This document shows, piece by piece, positions 39,139-49,112 of a stretch of DNA of 64,000 nt. This stretch comes from Opitutaceae bacterium (GTDB taxonomy: Bacteria > Verrucomicrobiota > Verrucomicrobiia > Opitutales > Coraliomargaritaceae). Position 1 is the first letter of the stretch. Each line of letters opens with the position of its first letter. A program made the position numbers and the translations under genes. The DNA lies in NCBI GenBank assembly GCA_051252375.1, contig JBPOFY010000009.1:69028-133027 (forward strand), written 5' to 3'. The notes beneath the pieces are model-generated. The model made no database searches. It was given only the letters and a program-made list of their open reading frames with translations, and was not told the DNA's origin.

Positions 39139-40026
39139 ATGAATTCTATACGACTCGTGATTGGCATATTGGCACTCTGTTGGGGAGGGCTTTCAGTCAT
39201 CCATGCTAAGCCAAACATTATCGTCATTCTGACCGACGATATGGGCTACTCGGATATCGGTTGCTACGGCAGCGAGATCGAGACGCCGAATCTGGATGCC
39301 TTGGCGGCCGGCGGGCTGCGCTTCTCCCAATTTTACAATACCAGTCGCTGTAGCCCGACACGTTCGAGCCTGATAACGGGGCTCTACTCGCATCAGGCAG
39401 GTATGGGCTTGTTGACGAAAGACGAAGGTCTACAGAATCCTGGCTATCGCGGTCACCTGATGGAGCGCAGCGTGACGATTGCCGAAGTGCTCGGTGGCAT
39501 CGGCTATCGGTCCATCATGACCGGAAAATGGCACATGGGCGTTGCGAAGCCGGAGTGGTTGCCGCTGGCGCGCGGCTTCGATCGTTTCTATGGCTGTCCG
39601 CAAGGGGGTGGGTTTTATTTTCGTCCGTCTTCTTGGAAGGCGCCGCGCACCATCGTTCGCGGAAACGAAGTGCTCTATGATCAGAAAACCGACCCGCCGA
39701 GAGGTTGGTATGCCACGGATGCTTTTACCTATGAGGGGCTGGAATACGTCAAGGAAGCGGTCGAAGCGAAACAGCCGTTCGTGTTTCAGGGAAAAGCTTT
39801 GGAGCGCAAAAATCCGATCTTCTTCGAGCACGTGGGCAACCGCGCGGTGCGCCAAGGGAAATGGAAGCTTGTGGCATTGCGGGGCAAGCCATGGGAACTC
39901 TATGATATGAAAGTGGATCGCACCGAGTTGAACGAATTGTCGAACAAGATGCCTGAGAAGGTAGCAGCGATGTCGGTAATCTACGATGCATGGGCGAAGC
40001 GCGCTTTTGTGAATAAGATAAAGTGA
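39139..40026 (+). pseudogene. Arylsulfatase (S1) with large in-frame internal deletion
   Basis: DDMGYSD, CSPTR and GKWH are present, but KQPF joins directly to VFQGKALER. The PH, SDNG, EGG and DxxPT blocks are absent, and the ORF is only 295 aa. Confidence 0.75.
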
Positions 40027-40041
40027 AATGTTTTCTCTTTT

Positions 40042-40068
40042 TGTGTTAAATGATTATAATGTAACAAT
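40042..40068 (+). promoter_or_regulatory. Candidate ECF promoter TGTGTTA-N15-ACAAT
   Basis: One-mismatch copy of the 34498/36687 motif, upstream of 40105. Confidence 0.55.
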
Positions 40069-40104
40069 TAGTATTTAGTCGAAATTCTGAAATCCAAAAA
40101 AAAT

Positions 40105-42498
40105 ATGAAAAGGTCTCAATCAAATGGAATGAATCGTCGTCAATTCATCGGGCAATCAGGGGCGGGGGTGCTGGGCTTGCTGGCCGCGAGAACTTCCTTC
40201 GCTAATCCTAAGCAGTCTTCGAGTGATGAATTCTTGTTTCTGGAAGCGGAAGGATTCGACGACCGAGGTGGCTGGGAGTTGGACCAACAATCCATGGATC
40301 AAATGGGCTCTCCCTATTTGTTGGCACATGGTCTGGGAATCGCCGTCAAAGATGCAGTGACGGATGTCGAGTTTCCTTCAGCGGGCACCTATCGCGTCTG
40401 GGTGCGAACAAAAGATTGGGTGGCTCCGTGGAACGCACCGGGTGCGCCCGGGAAGTTCCAGCTGACGGTTGACGGCAGTCCACTTGACGAAACATTTGGC
40501 ACCAAGAGCGCAACGTGGCACTGGCACGACGGCGGCATGGTCAAGGTCGGTAAAGAGGCACGCATTGGCTTGCACGATCTCACTGGTTTTGAGGGACGCT
40601 GTGAAGCGATCCTCTTTTGCAAGGATTCGGATTTTCAACCGAGCAATGAGGTCGCTGCGCTGAAAACGTTTCGCCGTAAACTGCTCGGGTTACCGGATCA
40701 ACCTGCTGATGGAGGAAGCTTCGATCTAGTCGTCATCGGTGGTGGCTTGGCAGGCACAGGCACCGCGATCTCTGCCGCGAGGCAAGGGCTCTCTGTGGCT
40801 CTCGTGCAAGACCGTCCAGTGCTCGGAGGTAATGGAAGCTCTGAGGTCCGTGTCTGGCCAGAAGGATATACGCGGCAAGAGCCATACCCGCATGTTGGAG
40901 AAATCATTGAAGAAATGTTACCTGGCATCGATAAGGCGACCGCTAAGAACAAGTGGTATAGCACCATGAACGGCACAACCGCGTCTAACTTCGCCGATCA
41001 GCGTAAAACCGATCTGGTGAACAGTGAGTCTAACATAACCCTCTTCATCAATCACAGATCGATGGAGACCTTTACGAAGGGGAAGACGATCACGGCCATC
41101 GTGATCGAAAGCACGGAGACCGCAGAGCAAAAAGTCATTAAAGGTAAATTTTTCGCCGATTGCACAGGTGATGCAAAAGTCGGCTTCCAAGCAGGAGCGG
41201 ATTATGAGCATGAGTTCACCACTGAAAATCCAGTGATGGGTAGTTCTAACCTATTTAGCGTTATGGACGCGGCGGTCGAAGAGCAGGTGCTAGCTTGTGA
41301 ATGTAAGGATAAAAGCTCGCTCATGAGTGAGTATGAAAAGGGCGAATTTGCGCAGCCCTTCCCACGTTGCCCTTGGGCGCTTGATCTTTCCGATAAACCT
41401 TTCCCTGGTCGGTTGAAGGGTAAGGCCAAAAATCAAATCTCAGATCTTAAAAAATTTGCCAATATGTGGTATTGGGAAAGCGGCTTCGATAAAGATCAAA
41501 TTGAAGACATTGAGCTTATTCGAGACCATAACTTCAGGGCAATGTATGGCGCATGGGATACCCTCAAGAACGTTGATGGACTCTATGAGAACCTACGGTT
41601 AGGCTGGGTGGCGTTCATCGCGGGTAAGCGTGAATCAAGACGCTTAATGGGAGATGTTAGACTCGATGCAAAGCACTTTACAGATGGCGTAAGATGGCCC
41701 GACCTAGCATTTCCATGCACCTGGTCGATCGATCTTCATACCCCTGAGGAAAAATACCAAGAAGGCTTCAAAGGTGAAGAGTTTATCTCCAAAGCCAATC
41801 ATGGAAAATACAAGGGGACTCACGAACCAAGCAAAAATAATCACCATAAGAGGGTGTATTGGGCTCCCTACCGCTGCCTTTACAGCCGAAATATAAACAA
41901 CCTGTTCATGGCTGGCCGAAATATTAGTGTGACTAAGTCCGGACTCGGACCTGTCCGTGTGATGAAAACTTGCGGTATGATGGGGGAGATCGTGGGTATG
42001 GCGGCATCAATCTGCATTAAAGAAAAGACCAGTCCGCGTGGCGTCTATGAAACGCATCTGGATACACTCAAAGAATTGATGCGGGCGACGCCTAAGATCG
42101 CGATCTATACCGATCGAAATACTCGCACCGCGGATAAGTATGCGATCGACGAACTGCCTGCCGAATTTGTGGATGCTCTATTTGTCACTGTTCAACGCGG
42201 AGACTCTTCGCATCTGGGAACCGCATTTGAATTTGAAGTCAACAAGGAGGTCGTTGCCTACATGGCGGTTCACGAAAGAGGCGATACCGCTATACCCAAA
42301 GGCTGGGAAAAGGCAGGACTGAGCCTCTCCTGGATGGACGGTAAGGAAACCGACTCCGTGTATCGTCGTATTTTTAAACCCGGTAAGATTTCGGTTCCCG
42401 CGCATACAGGCCAGTCTGGTCAGTATTATGGTATCCCGCACTTACTCGCGATAAAGGCTATCGATGGGGATCAGATAGGAATTCAAATTACTAACTGA
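40105..42498 (+). CDS. Tat-exported FAD-dependent oxidoreductase with C-terminal accessory module
   Basis: NRRQFIG Tat motif; VIGGGLAG, LGGNGSSE, FADCTGD, GKRESRRLMG, PYRCLYS and NLFMAGRNIS motifs. Confidence 0.9.
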   Translation: MKRSQSNGMNRRQFIGQSGAGVLGLLAARTSFANPKQSSSDEFLFLEAEGFDDRGGWELDQQSMDQMGSPYLLAHGLGIAVKDAVTDVEFPSAGTYRVWVRTKDWVAPWNAPGAPGKFQLTVDGSPLDETFGTKSATWHWHDGGMVKVGKEARIGLHDLTGFEGRCEAILFCKDSDFQPSNEVAALKTFRRKLLGLPDQPADGGSFDLVVIGGGLAGTGTAISAARQGLSVALVQDRPVLGGNGSSEVRVWPEGYTRQEPYPHVGEIIEEMLPGIDKATAKNKWYSTMNGTTASNFADQRKTDLVNSESNITLFINHRSMETFTKGKTITAIVIESTETAEQKVIKGKFFADCTGDAKVGFQAGADYEHEFTTENPVMGSSNLFSVMDAAVEEQVLACECKDKSSLMSEYEKGEFAQPFPRCPWALDLSDKPFPGRLKGKAKNQISDLKKFANMWYWESGFDKDQIEDIELIRDHNFRAMYGAWDTLKNVDGLYENLRLGWVAFIAGKRESRRLMGDVRLDAKHFTDGVRWPDLAFPCTWSIDLHTPEEKYQEGFKGEEFISKANHGKYKGTHEPSKNNHHKRVYWAPYRCLYSRNINNLFMAGRNISVTKSGLGPVRVMKTCGMMGEIVGMAASICIKEKTSPRGVYETHLDTLKELMRATPKIAIYTDRNTRTADKYAIDELPAEFVDALFVTVQRGDSSHLGTAFEFEVNKEVVAYMAVHERGDTAIPKGWEKAGLSLSWMDGKETDSVYRRIFKPGKISVPAHTGQSGQYYGIPHLLAIKAIDGDQIGIQITN

Positions 42499-42604
42499 TG
42501 CTTTCCCTGTAACGATCGTCCTTGTATTTTAAACGCTGATTTAAGGTCTGCCTGAATGGCACTAACTTGCGCGGCTTTATCGAGATGATATTCATAACTT
42601 CATT

Positions 42605-42686
42605 TGGAGGGCAATGCTCCGTCATTGCCGCAGAAACGCTTAAATGCTGCGAACTATAGGCGGTTGCGACGGAGCGCAACCCTCCA
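42605..42686. repeat. GGAG-type REP-like inverted doublet
   Basis: TGGAG-GGCAATG-CTCCGT-CATTGCC on the plus strand and TGGAG-GGTTGCG-CTCCGT-CGCAACC on the minus strand. Confidence 0.75.
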
Positions 42687-42732
42687 GCTTTTTACCGAAC
42701 AACTTCTTAAATTAGTGCCGTTCAGGTATGCC

Positions 42733-44751
42733 TTAGAACTCGATATAAGTTGAGATCTCAAGTGAGGCTCCACGCGGTGAATAGCTGCCTCGTAGCCAAG
42801 GGCCACCCACAGGGTCGCGGTTGTCTAGTAGATTCTTTGCGCTTACCCGTATGTCGAGGCCTTTTCTGAAAACATCTTCGAAGAGTAAACTCGCATCCAC
42901 ATAGAACTGGTCGCTTGTTTCCTCGAATGCAAAGGTGGCTCCACCGTCATTAGTCGTCTCTGTCGGTTGCATGGTAAAATAGCGCACTTGGGTCGAGAAC
43001 AAGATGTGGTCGCTCAATCTGGAATCAATTCCTGCGTTGATCGTGAGTTGTGGCGCACCAATTAAGCGCCCGCTGTCGTCGATCGCTTGGTGCGCATCTG
43101 TGTTGTTTGCGGCGAGGTCAAAGGATTCGCTGGTTTCAAATGTAGAATTGATATAAGATACGTTTCCCCAGAAACTAATGTCTTTGGTGACTTCTTGGTT
43201 TAATGAGAGTTCGATACCCCATCCGTCGTAGTCCCCGACATTACTGTGCGGCGATCCCCAGGTGATAAAATTGTCTAGCTGCTGATAATACAGGTTGAGT
43301 GCCACGCGAGTCTTCTCGAAGTAAACGATATTTCCCCACTCGAGAGTGACCAGTTCTTCTGGCTTGTCTGCGATAGGAGAGGATCCTGCCCAGACGGGTG
43401 GAGATGGCGCGTCCAGCCCCCAAATTTGATTCAATGCAGCCAATGGTGAAGGCATGCGAGTCGATTTGTTGAGCATAACCTTACTGGTCCAATGGTCTGT
43501 TGCATGATAAATCACCGCAGCTCTACCCGATGGATAGGCTTGTTTTTCGACAAGAGTATTATGGTCAACCCGTAAACCTGCGACTAGTTCGAGCTTATCA
43601 TTTACTTTATACTGATCATCTATGTAAAAACCGATTCCACTAGTATCTTTGTCGTAGAATGTCTGTTGGGTCGGTGCCCCAACATCTTGGAATATCGCCT
43701 CCATGTTGTCCTCGTAAATTAGCTGAATGCCAGTTTGCAGCGTATGTCCTTTGAATCCTGTATAGGTGAGTCCGGCTTCCGCGTTCCAATCCATTTGGGT
43801 CAAAGAGAGCCAGGCAGCATCCGAAGAATACCGACCCATACTTTTGTAGACGGATGATAGGCTGAGCAGGGTGCTTAGATTTTTGTTCACTTGATGTTGA
43901 TGCTTAATTTCAATGCCGCGCATCAAATCAATATAGTGCGGTTCTGGTTCTCCGGGGGGGAGCCTTAGTTCATAAAAATCTTTATGAGAAGAGGTGAGCT
44001 GAACGCTCCAATCATGATACTGCCCGTTGACCACCAAGAAGTGATCTGGTTGAGCGGACTTGCCCGTCACCTTGCTCCCAGCATTGGCTCGCAAGGGATC
44101 GACGGAAAAATCCTGCCCCCAGGCATCAAAGCCATTTCTCTCTTCGATCGATCCAGACACGTGGATCTTGACTTCCTCCTCCCAAGTTTTTCCCCATGAT
44201 CCTGAAAATGCATACTTCCGCTCGGAGCCTACGGACGTAACCACTTCAGCAGTATCGCTTTGTTTTGTAATAACATTGATCGTCGCTACTAGAGTGTTGG
44301 CAGGTCGAAATATAGATGAGGGACCGACGACGATTTCGATTCTCTCGACGGTGTCCAAGTTGATGGGGCCGTTCATGAATTCCGGCTCATAAATCCCATT
44401 CATTTCCTGACCATTGATAAGTAATGTGAACTTTTCATTATCATTGGCAGACAAGCCGCGAAACATTCCCACATACTGTAAGTCTTTGTGGAAGACGTTC
44501 ACTCCAGGGATGACCTGTAGGACATCTTTTAGGCTGGTATAGCCACGCCTCTTGATGGTCTCGTGGGTTATCACGTATACCGATCCTGGGGAGTCGTCCA
44601 GTCGTTCTGACGTTCTAGAGACCGTGCTCACTTTGGTTCCTAGGAGTTCTCCTAGGGAGAGCGAAAGGAGATACTCGTCTTCGTGTGCGGCGCCTTGGTG
44701 GGTGACTGCCAACAATAGGACGGAACTTAATATTGAAATGATCTTCTTCAT
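42733..44751 (-). CDS. TonB-dependent outer membrane receptor
   Basis: Signal peptide; plug domain (SLSLGELL, SVYVIT, LLING, ERIEIVVGPSS); amphipathic strands; NLLD and C-terminal Phe. Confidence 0.88.
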   Translation of the reverse strand: MKKIISILSSVLLLAVTHQGAAHEDEYLLSLSLGELLGTKVSTVSRTSERLDDSPGSVYVITHETIKRRGYTSLKDVLQVIPGVNVFHKDLQYVGMFRGLSANDNEKFTLLINGQEMNGIYEPEFMNGPINLDTVERIEIVVGPSSIFRPANTLVATINVITKQSDTAEVVTSVGSERKYAFSGSWGKTWEEEVKIHVSGSIEERNGFDAWGQDFSVDPLRANAGSKVTGKSAQPDHFLVVNGQYHDWSVQLTSSHKDFYELRLPPGEPEPHYIDLMRGIEIKHQHQVNKNLSTLLSLSSVYKSMGRYSSDAAWLSLTQMDWNAEAGLTYTGFKGHTLQTGIQLIYEDNMEAIFQDVGAPTQQTFYDKDTSGIGFYIDDQYKVNDKLELVAGLRVDHNTLVEKQAYPSGRAAVIYHATDHWTSKVMLNKSTRMPSPLAALNQIWGLDAPSPPVWAGSSPIADKPEELVTLEWGNIVYFEKTRVALNLYYQQLDNFITWGSPHSNVGDYDGWGIELSLNQEVTKDISFWGNVSYINSTFETSESFDLAANNTDAHQAIDDSGRLIGAPQLTINAGIDSRLSDHILFSTQVRYFTMQPTETTNDGGATFAFEETSDQFYVDASLLFEDVFRKGLDIRVSAKNLLDNRDPVGGPWLRGSYSPRGASLEISTYIEF

Positions 44752-44782
44752 GATCTCGGGGGCTCGGTTATGGTAGGTGGCT

Positions 44783-46942
44783 TTAAATGGAGGGTAATAT
44801 TTTCATAAGGGACTCGTCGTCAAAGCCCTCCGCATGGAATAGAGCCTCTTTGTAGAAATCGGCATACTCTGGTTGTTGTTCGCAAAAAATTTCCAGAGAT
44901 TTGGTTAAAGTAGAGAAGTTACCTTCTTCGACATATACTCTTAGTTCTTGAATAATATCAGTAGGAGGAAGCTTGTAAGCCTCACTACCAAGGTTACCTC
45001 CTTGATTTTGGAAGGAGCTGACTTCATTATTCAGTTCCCACTCTAGGTTAAATAATAGTTCCAGTGTGCGAACCAGTTCATCTGCATTGATCGGCTTTGT
45101 GAGGAAGTAGTCGCACTTAGAGGTAAAGTCATTTTTGAGGTTCGTTTCAATCGCTGTGGCGGATATCCCAATTACTTTACCTTGATAGGATATTCCTTCT
45201 AAATTTTTAAGGACCTCGAGCCCGTCAATATCAGGCATAATTAAGTCCAGTAGTAACGCGTCGGGTGCAAATTCGTCGACCGCTTGACAAACGTGACTGC
45301 CGTCCTCGACCGTGCGCACTTCGAAATTGATCGGTTCTAGCAGAGAGACCAAGACCGCGAGATTGGAGACATTGTCATCGACGAGTAACAGCTTCTTTTT
45401 CTGTCCTTTGTAGCCAGCGATATATCGATACAAGCTATTGCTCATGGCTTCATTGGATGTCTTTTCGAGTGGCAGCCTTACTCGGAATGTGCTACCCACG
45501 CCTTCCTCGCTCTCCAATTCTATCTCGCCATTCATCAGTGAGACAAATTCCTTGGAGATCGCCATACCTAAGCCCAGTCCATCAACCATTTTTTTCGTAT
45601 TGGATGCTCGGAAAAATGGGGAAAAGACCTGGTCCCTTATTTCTTCGGGTATACCGACACCAGTATCGGTGACTTCAAATACAATATGTGACGCTCCCTC
45701 GGGGTAGACGCGAAAATGGATGGTTCCTTTAACTGTATATTTTATAGCGTTGCTCAGTATATTTAGCAGCACTTGAGAAATGCGTCTCCCATCTCCCGTC
45801 ACAGTTTCCGGCAGTCCATCTGAAGCGATGAAATCAAAATATAAGTCCTTCTGGTCTGCTTGGAGGCGCATCATGTCACTCACTCTTCTCAAAATTTGAA
45901 GCAGGTTGAAAGGTGCATTCTCAACCTCGAAGTGACCGGCTTCTATATGGCTATAGTCCAGCACGTCGTTGATCAAATGTAACAGATGGTCGCCGCACTT
46001 GTAGATCGTCTCAAGTTGTTTACGTTGTGCGACTGTGAGATTTTTCTGGCGCACTAAAATTTGCGAATAACCGTTGATCGCATTCAGAGGTGTGCGTAGT
46101 TCATGGCTCATATGTGACAGGAATACACTTTTGGCATGATTGGCTGCCTGTGACTCTTGCAGTGCTTTGGCGAGGTCTTCTGTTCGCTTCTCGACCTGTT
46201 GCTCTAGATCTTCGTTTGCATTTTTAAGGACCTTTTCGTTTCCATGTATGATCGAAAGCATCTCATTGAATTGATCAACCAGCATGCCCACTTCATCATT
46301 CCTATCCTTCTGCGCTCTAATCTCATAGTTGTGCTCGCTAGAAATCCTTCTGGATGTCTCTAGTAGTGAGAGGATCGGAACGGTAATATAGCGTTGAAGT
46401 TTGACTGATAGGAGAAATGAGACCAGCAAGCAAAGTATATAGAGAATGATGGTGTATGCTAATGACAGTCCGAGACCTCGCCACACTGGAGACAGGTCGG
46501 ATTGCAAGAAAAGGTAGCCCAGGACTTCATCTCCTTCCGATATGTTTCTAGTGATATTGATTTCAGAGAAATTGTCATAGATCCCTTCTTGGGTTCGTTG
46601 CGTATTCGCAATTACTGTAGCCCCATCTTTCTTATAGCTGACGAATAAATTGCCGTTTAGGTCGAAGATTGCGACTTGCTGGATATTCTGGCTGTCGGCC
46701 AGTGCATTGAGGCTCTCCAGTGCCACCTCTTCGTCCATAAATGAAACGGCTAGGCTACTTCTGTTGGCGATAATCCGAGTCAGGTTACTCGTTTCATTCA
46801 CCAGAACTTGCTTCATTTCTAAATACTGGATCAGAAGCATGAGCACGAGTGCGACAGTTATCACAAAAGAGACCACCAGCATGGTCAGGGTGACGACCTT
46901 GGTCTTGATCGAGGAATTGTATATTTTGCTAAGTAAATTCAT
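44783..46942 (-). CDS. Membrane hybrid histidine kinase (CHASE8-like periplasmic domain, HAMP, HisKA, HATPase, REC)
   Basis: Two TMs; DEVGMLVDQFNEML, FLSHMSHELRTPL, NILSNAIKY, DTGVG, GLGLG, LLVDDN and LLDLIMP motifs. Confidence 0.92.
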   Translation of the reverse strand: MNLLSKIYNSSIKTKVVTLTMLVVSFVITVALVLMLLIQYLEMKQVLVNETSNLTRIIANRSSLAVSFMDEEVALESLNALADSQNIQQVAIFDLNGNLFVSYKKDGATVIANTQRTQEGIYDNFSEINITRNISEGDEVLGYLFLQSDLSPVWRGLGLSLAYTIILYILCLLVSFLLSVKLQRYITVPILSLLETSRRISSEHNYEIRAQKDRNDEVGMLVDQFNEMLSIIHGNEKVLKNANEDLEQQVEKRTEDLAKALQESQAANHAKSVFLSHMSHELRTPLNAINGYSQILVRQKNLTVAQRKQLETIYKCGDHLLHLINDVLDYSHIEAGHFEVENAPFNLLQILRRVSDMMRLQADQKDLYFDFIASDGLPETVTGDGRRISQVLLNILSNAIKYTVKGTIHFRVYPEGASHIVFEVTDTGVGIPEEIRDQVFSPFFRASNTKKMVDGLGLGMAISKEFVSLMNGEIELESEEGVGSTFRVRLPLEKTSNEAMSNSLYRYIAGYKGQKKKLLLVDDNVSNLAVLVSLLEPINFEVRTVEDGSHVCQAVDEFAPDALLLDLIMPDIDGLEVLKNLEGISYQGKVIGISATAIETNLKNDFTSKCDYFLTKPINADELVRTLELLFNLEWELNNEVSSFQNQGGNLGSEAYKLPPTDIIQELRVYVEEGNFSTLTKSLEIFCEQQPEYADFYKEALFHAEGFDDESLMKILPSI

Positions 46943-46944
46943 CG

Positions 46945-47511
46945 CTAGATAACTTTCTCAGCTAATTCCAATAGCTTGGCGTTCAATTTAATGCCTTTTG
47001 ATCGGGCGAGGGTATTGTTGATGTCAAATCGCAGATATCCGTCGCGTTCATAGATGACGATCATGCAAGAATTCAGTTTATCTCTATCTCCCTCAGAGAT
47101 GGTCAGTATCGGTGCATCCTCGGTAAGATTTAAAATGTCATCGAAACGATGTTCATGCTGCTCTGAAACGTATAGGACATTTATTCCTTGAACGTTATTT
47201 CTATTTTTGCCGTTGAGCCATTTTACGGAAATCTCTCGTTCGCGTATGAACTTTCCAGAGATTACTGAAAACCTTTGATTCAGGTATTTATTCCCAGCCA
47301 CGCCTATAATCATATTACCGTTGGCGATATTGCGATCTTCCCCGTTCCACTCGACTAAACTTAAGAACTTATACACAAACGCGACCTTAACGCGCTCAAG
47401 TTCCTGTTCTGGCGTTTGGCCATTCAATGGAATGATCGAGAAACCCAAGCATAGTAATAGCAGTCCTATTCGTATAAGAGGAAAAACAAAGACTGGTTTC
47501 CTTATCTCCAT
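46945..47511 (-). CDS. YfiR-family (DUF4154) periplasmic protein
   Basis: VKVAFVYKFLSLVEW, PILTISE and LRFDINNTLARSKGIKLNAKLLELA motifs. Confidence 0.88.
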   Translation of the reverse strand: MEIRKPVFVFPLIRIGLLLLCLGFSIIPLNGQTPEQELERVKVAFVYKFLSLVEWNGEDRNIANGNMIIGVAGNKYLNQRFSVISGKFIREREISVKWLNGKNRNNVQGINVLYVSEQHEHRFDDILNLTEDAPILTISEGDRDKLNSCMIVIYERDGYLRFDINNTLARSKGIKLNAKLLELAEKVI

Positions 47512-47524
47512 TGAGTTGCAGTAT

Positions 47525-48694
47525 CTATAGCTTGGCGGGGATGTGCAGATATAGGCTCGTTCCTTCGTTCTCTTTGCTTACCAATCTTAATCGACCGCTT
47601 AATTTTTCAGCCAGACGTTGAGCGATACTTAAACCTAGTCCCATTCCGGGATATGAACGAGTCGAGGAGGTGTCAGCCTGATAGAAGGACTCGAAGACGA
47701 GTTTCTGTTTATCATCAGGAATGCCGATTCCAGTATCACTGACGCAAAAGACGATCTCATGTAGCTTTTCATCTGCTAAGTAACAGGACAGCCCAATTTT
47801 ACCTTTGTTGCAGAACTTGAAGGCATTGTTTAGCAAGTTCTCTAGGATTTGCCGCAGACGAACTTTGTCTGTTAGAAAATATTTGGGCATGTCCGGTTCG
47901 GTCTGCAAGTGGAATGCAATTCCTTGTTCATCTGAGAGTGTGCGGAAATGCGCCACACACTCATTGAGGAACTTAAGTAAATCAAACTCATCAATTCGAA
48001 CATCCGGCTCTGCTGCCTCCTTTGAGGCAAAATCTAGTAAGTCGTGGATTAAGCCGCTCATCTGCTGTCCCGCGCTGTAGATCGAACCGAGCATTTCTAA
48101 TTGCTCTGGATCGGTGATATCTTCCATTAGCAGGGAAGTTAGAGATACGACAGGGTTCAGCGGACTTCTCAGCTCGTGGCTTAGGACGGAAAGGAATTCT
48201 TCTTTAACTCGATTGGACTCTTGGGCCTTCTTCCAGGCGATCTCTAGTTCTTCATTCTTCTTCTTTAGCTGTTCGGTTCGTGATTCAACTTCTCGCTCAA
48301 GGTTATTACGAAGCCGATATAATGAGAGGTGCATATTGACTCGCTCGATCAGCTCGAGCGGCTCTATTGGCTTAGATATGTAATCGACGGCTCCCAATTT
48401 GAAGGCTTTCACCTTATCAAAAGTTTTGCTCAGTGCTGACGAAAAAATAACAGGAATCCCAGATAGTTCAGGTGTATTCTTGATTCGGATACAAGTTTCA
48501 TACCCATCTATGCCAGGCATCATAACATCTAGAATGATTAATTCCGGCATGACTTTTGCCGCTCTCATGATGCCTTTTTCCCCAGTATTCGCCACATAAA
48601 CTTGGTGACCTGCACCCTCAAGCGTGTCACTTACCAGCTGTATCGTTGATAGGGTGTCCTCAATGAGCAGTATTTTACCAGGGCGAAGATTCAT
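47525..48694 (-). CDS. Cytoplasmic hybrid kinase REC-HisKA-HATPase
   Basis: IILDVMMPGIDGY, DYISKP, FLSVLSHELRSPL, NLLNNAFKF, DTGIG and GMGLGL motifs. Confidence 0.92.
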   Translation of the reverse strand: MNLRPGKILLIEDTLSTIQLVSDTLEGAGHQVYVANTGEKGIMRAAKVMPELIILDVMMPGIDGYETCIRIKNTPELSGIPVIFSSALSKTFDKVKAFKLGAVDYISKPIEPLELIERVNMHLSLYRLRNNLEREVESRTEQLKKKNEELEIAWKKAQESNRVKEEFLSVLSHELRSPLNPVVSLTSLLMEDITDPEQLEMLGSIYSAGQQMSGLIHDLLDFASKEAAEPDVRIDEFDLLKFLNECVAHFRTLSDEQGIAFHLQTEPDMPKYFLTDKVRLRQILENLLNNAFKFCNKGKIGLSCYLADEKLHEIVFCVSDTGIGIPDDKQKLVFESFYQADTSSTRSYPGMGLGLSIAQRLAEKLSGRLRLVSKENEGTSLYLHIPAKL

Positions 48695-49112
48695 GTATTA
48701 AAAATGTCAATCATCTAGAAATGAAGGGGGGCAATAAGCAGCAATACTCGCCGAAGTAAAAGCTAATCGGAGGGGAGGAGAGGAAGAGAATGTGGGGTAT
48801 TTTGCCGAAATTTGCATGAGCGAACTCTACCAAGCGGACTGTGGGCAGTTAATCTTTTGGGCTGATCGTTTACAAGGACAAAACAGTTTGGATGTGGATT
48901 TCGTGTATCGCATGGGTTGGCATCGCTCGCAGAAGCATCACCTTGTATCCATATCTGTATACGAATAAGTTTCGGCCTATGCAATTCTCCGATATGTAAA
49001 AAACATGTGAAATTCATACGATTAACATTTCTCACTGCTCACTCTTTGTGGGGTGCGATAAGCTATGTGTATTTCCCGAGGTTGAAGGGCAGATTAAAAA
49101 GGCGTTCAATTG

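Noticed and set aside
42733..44751. TonB receptor as the SusC-like polysaccharide importer
   Set aside because: It is too short, has no SusD partner, lies on the opposite strand and is in an operon with YfiR and kinases.
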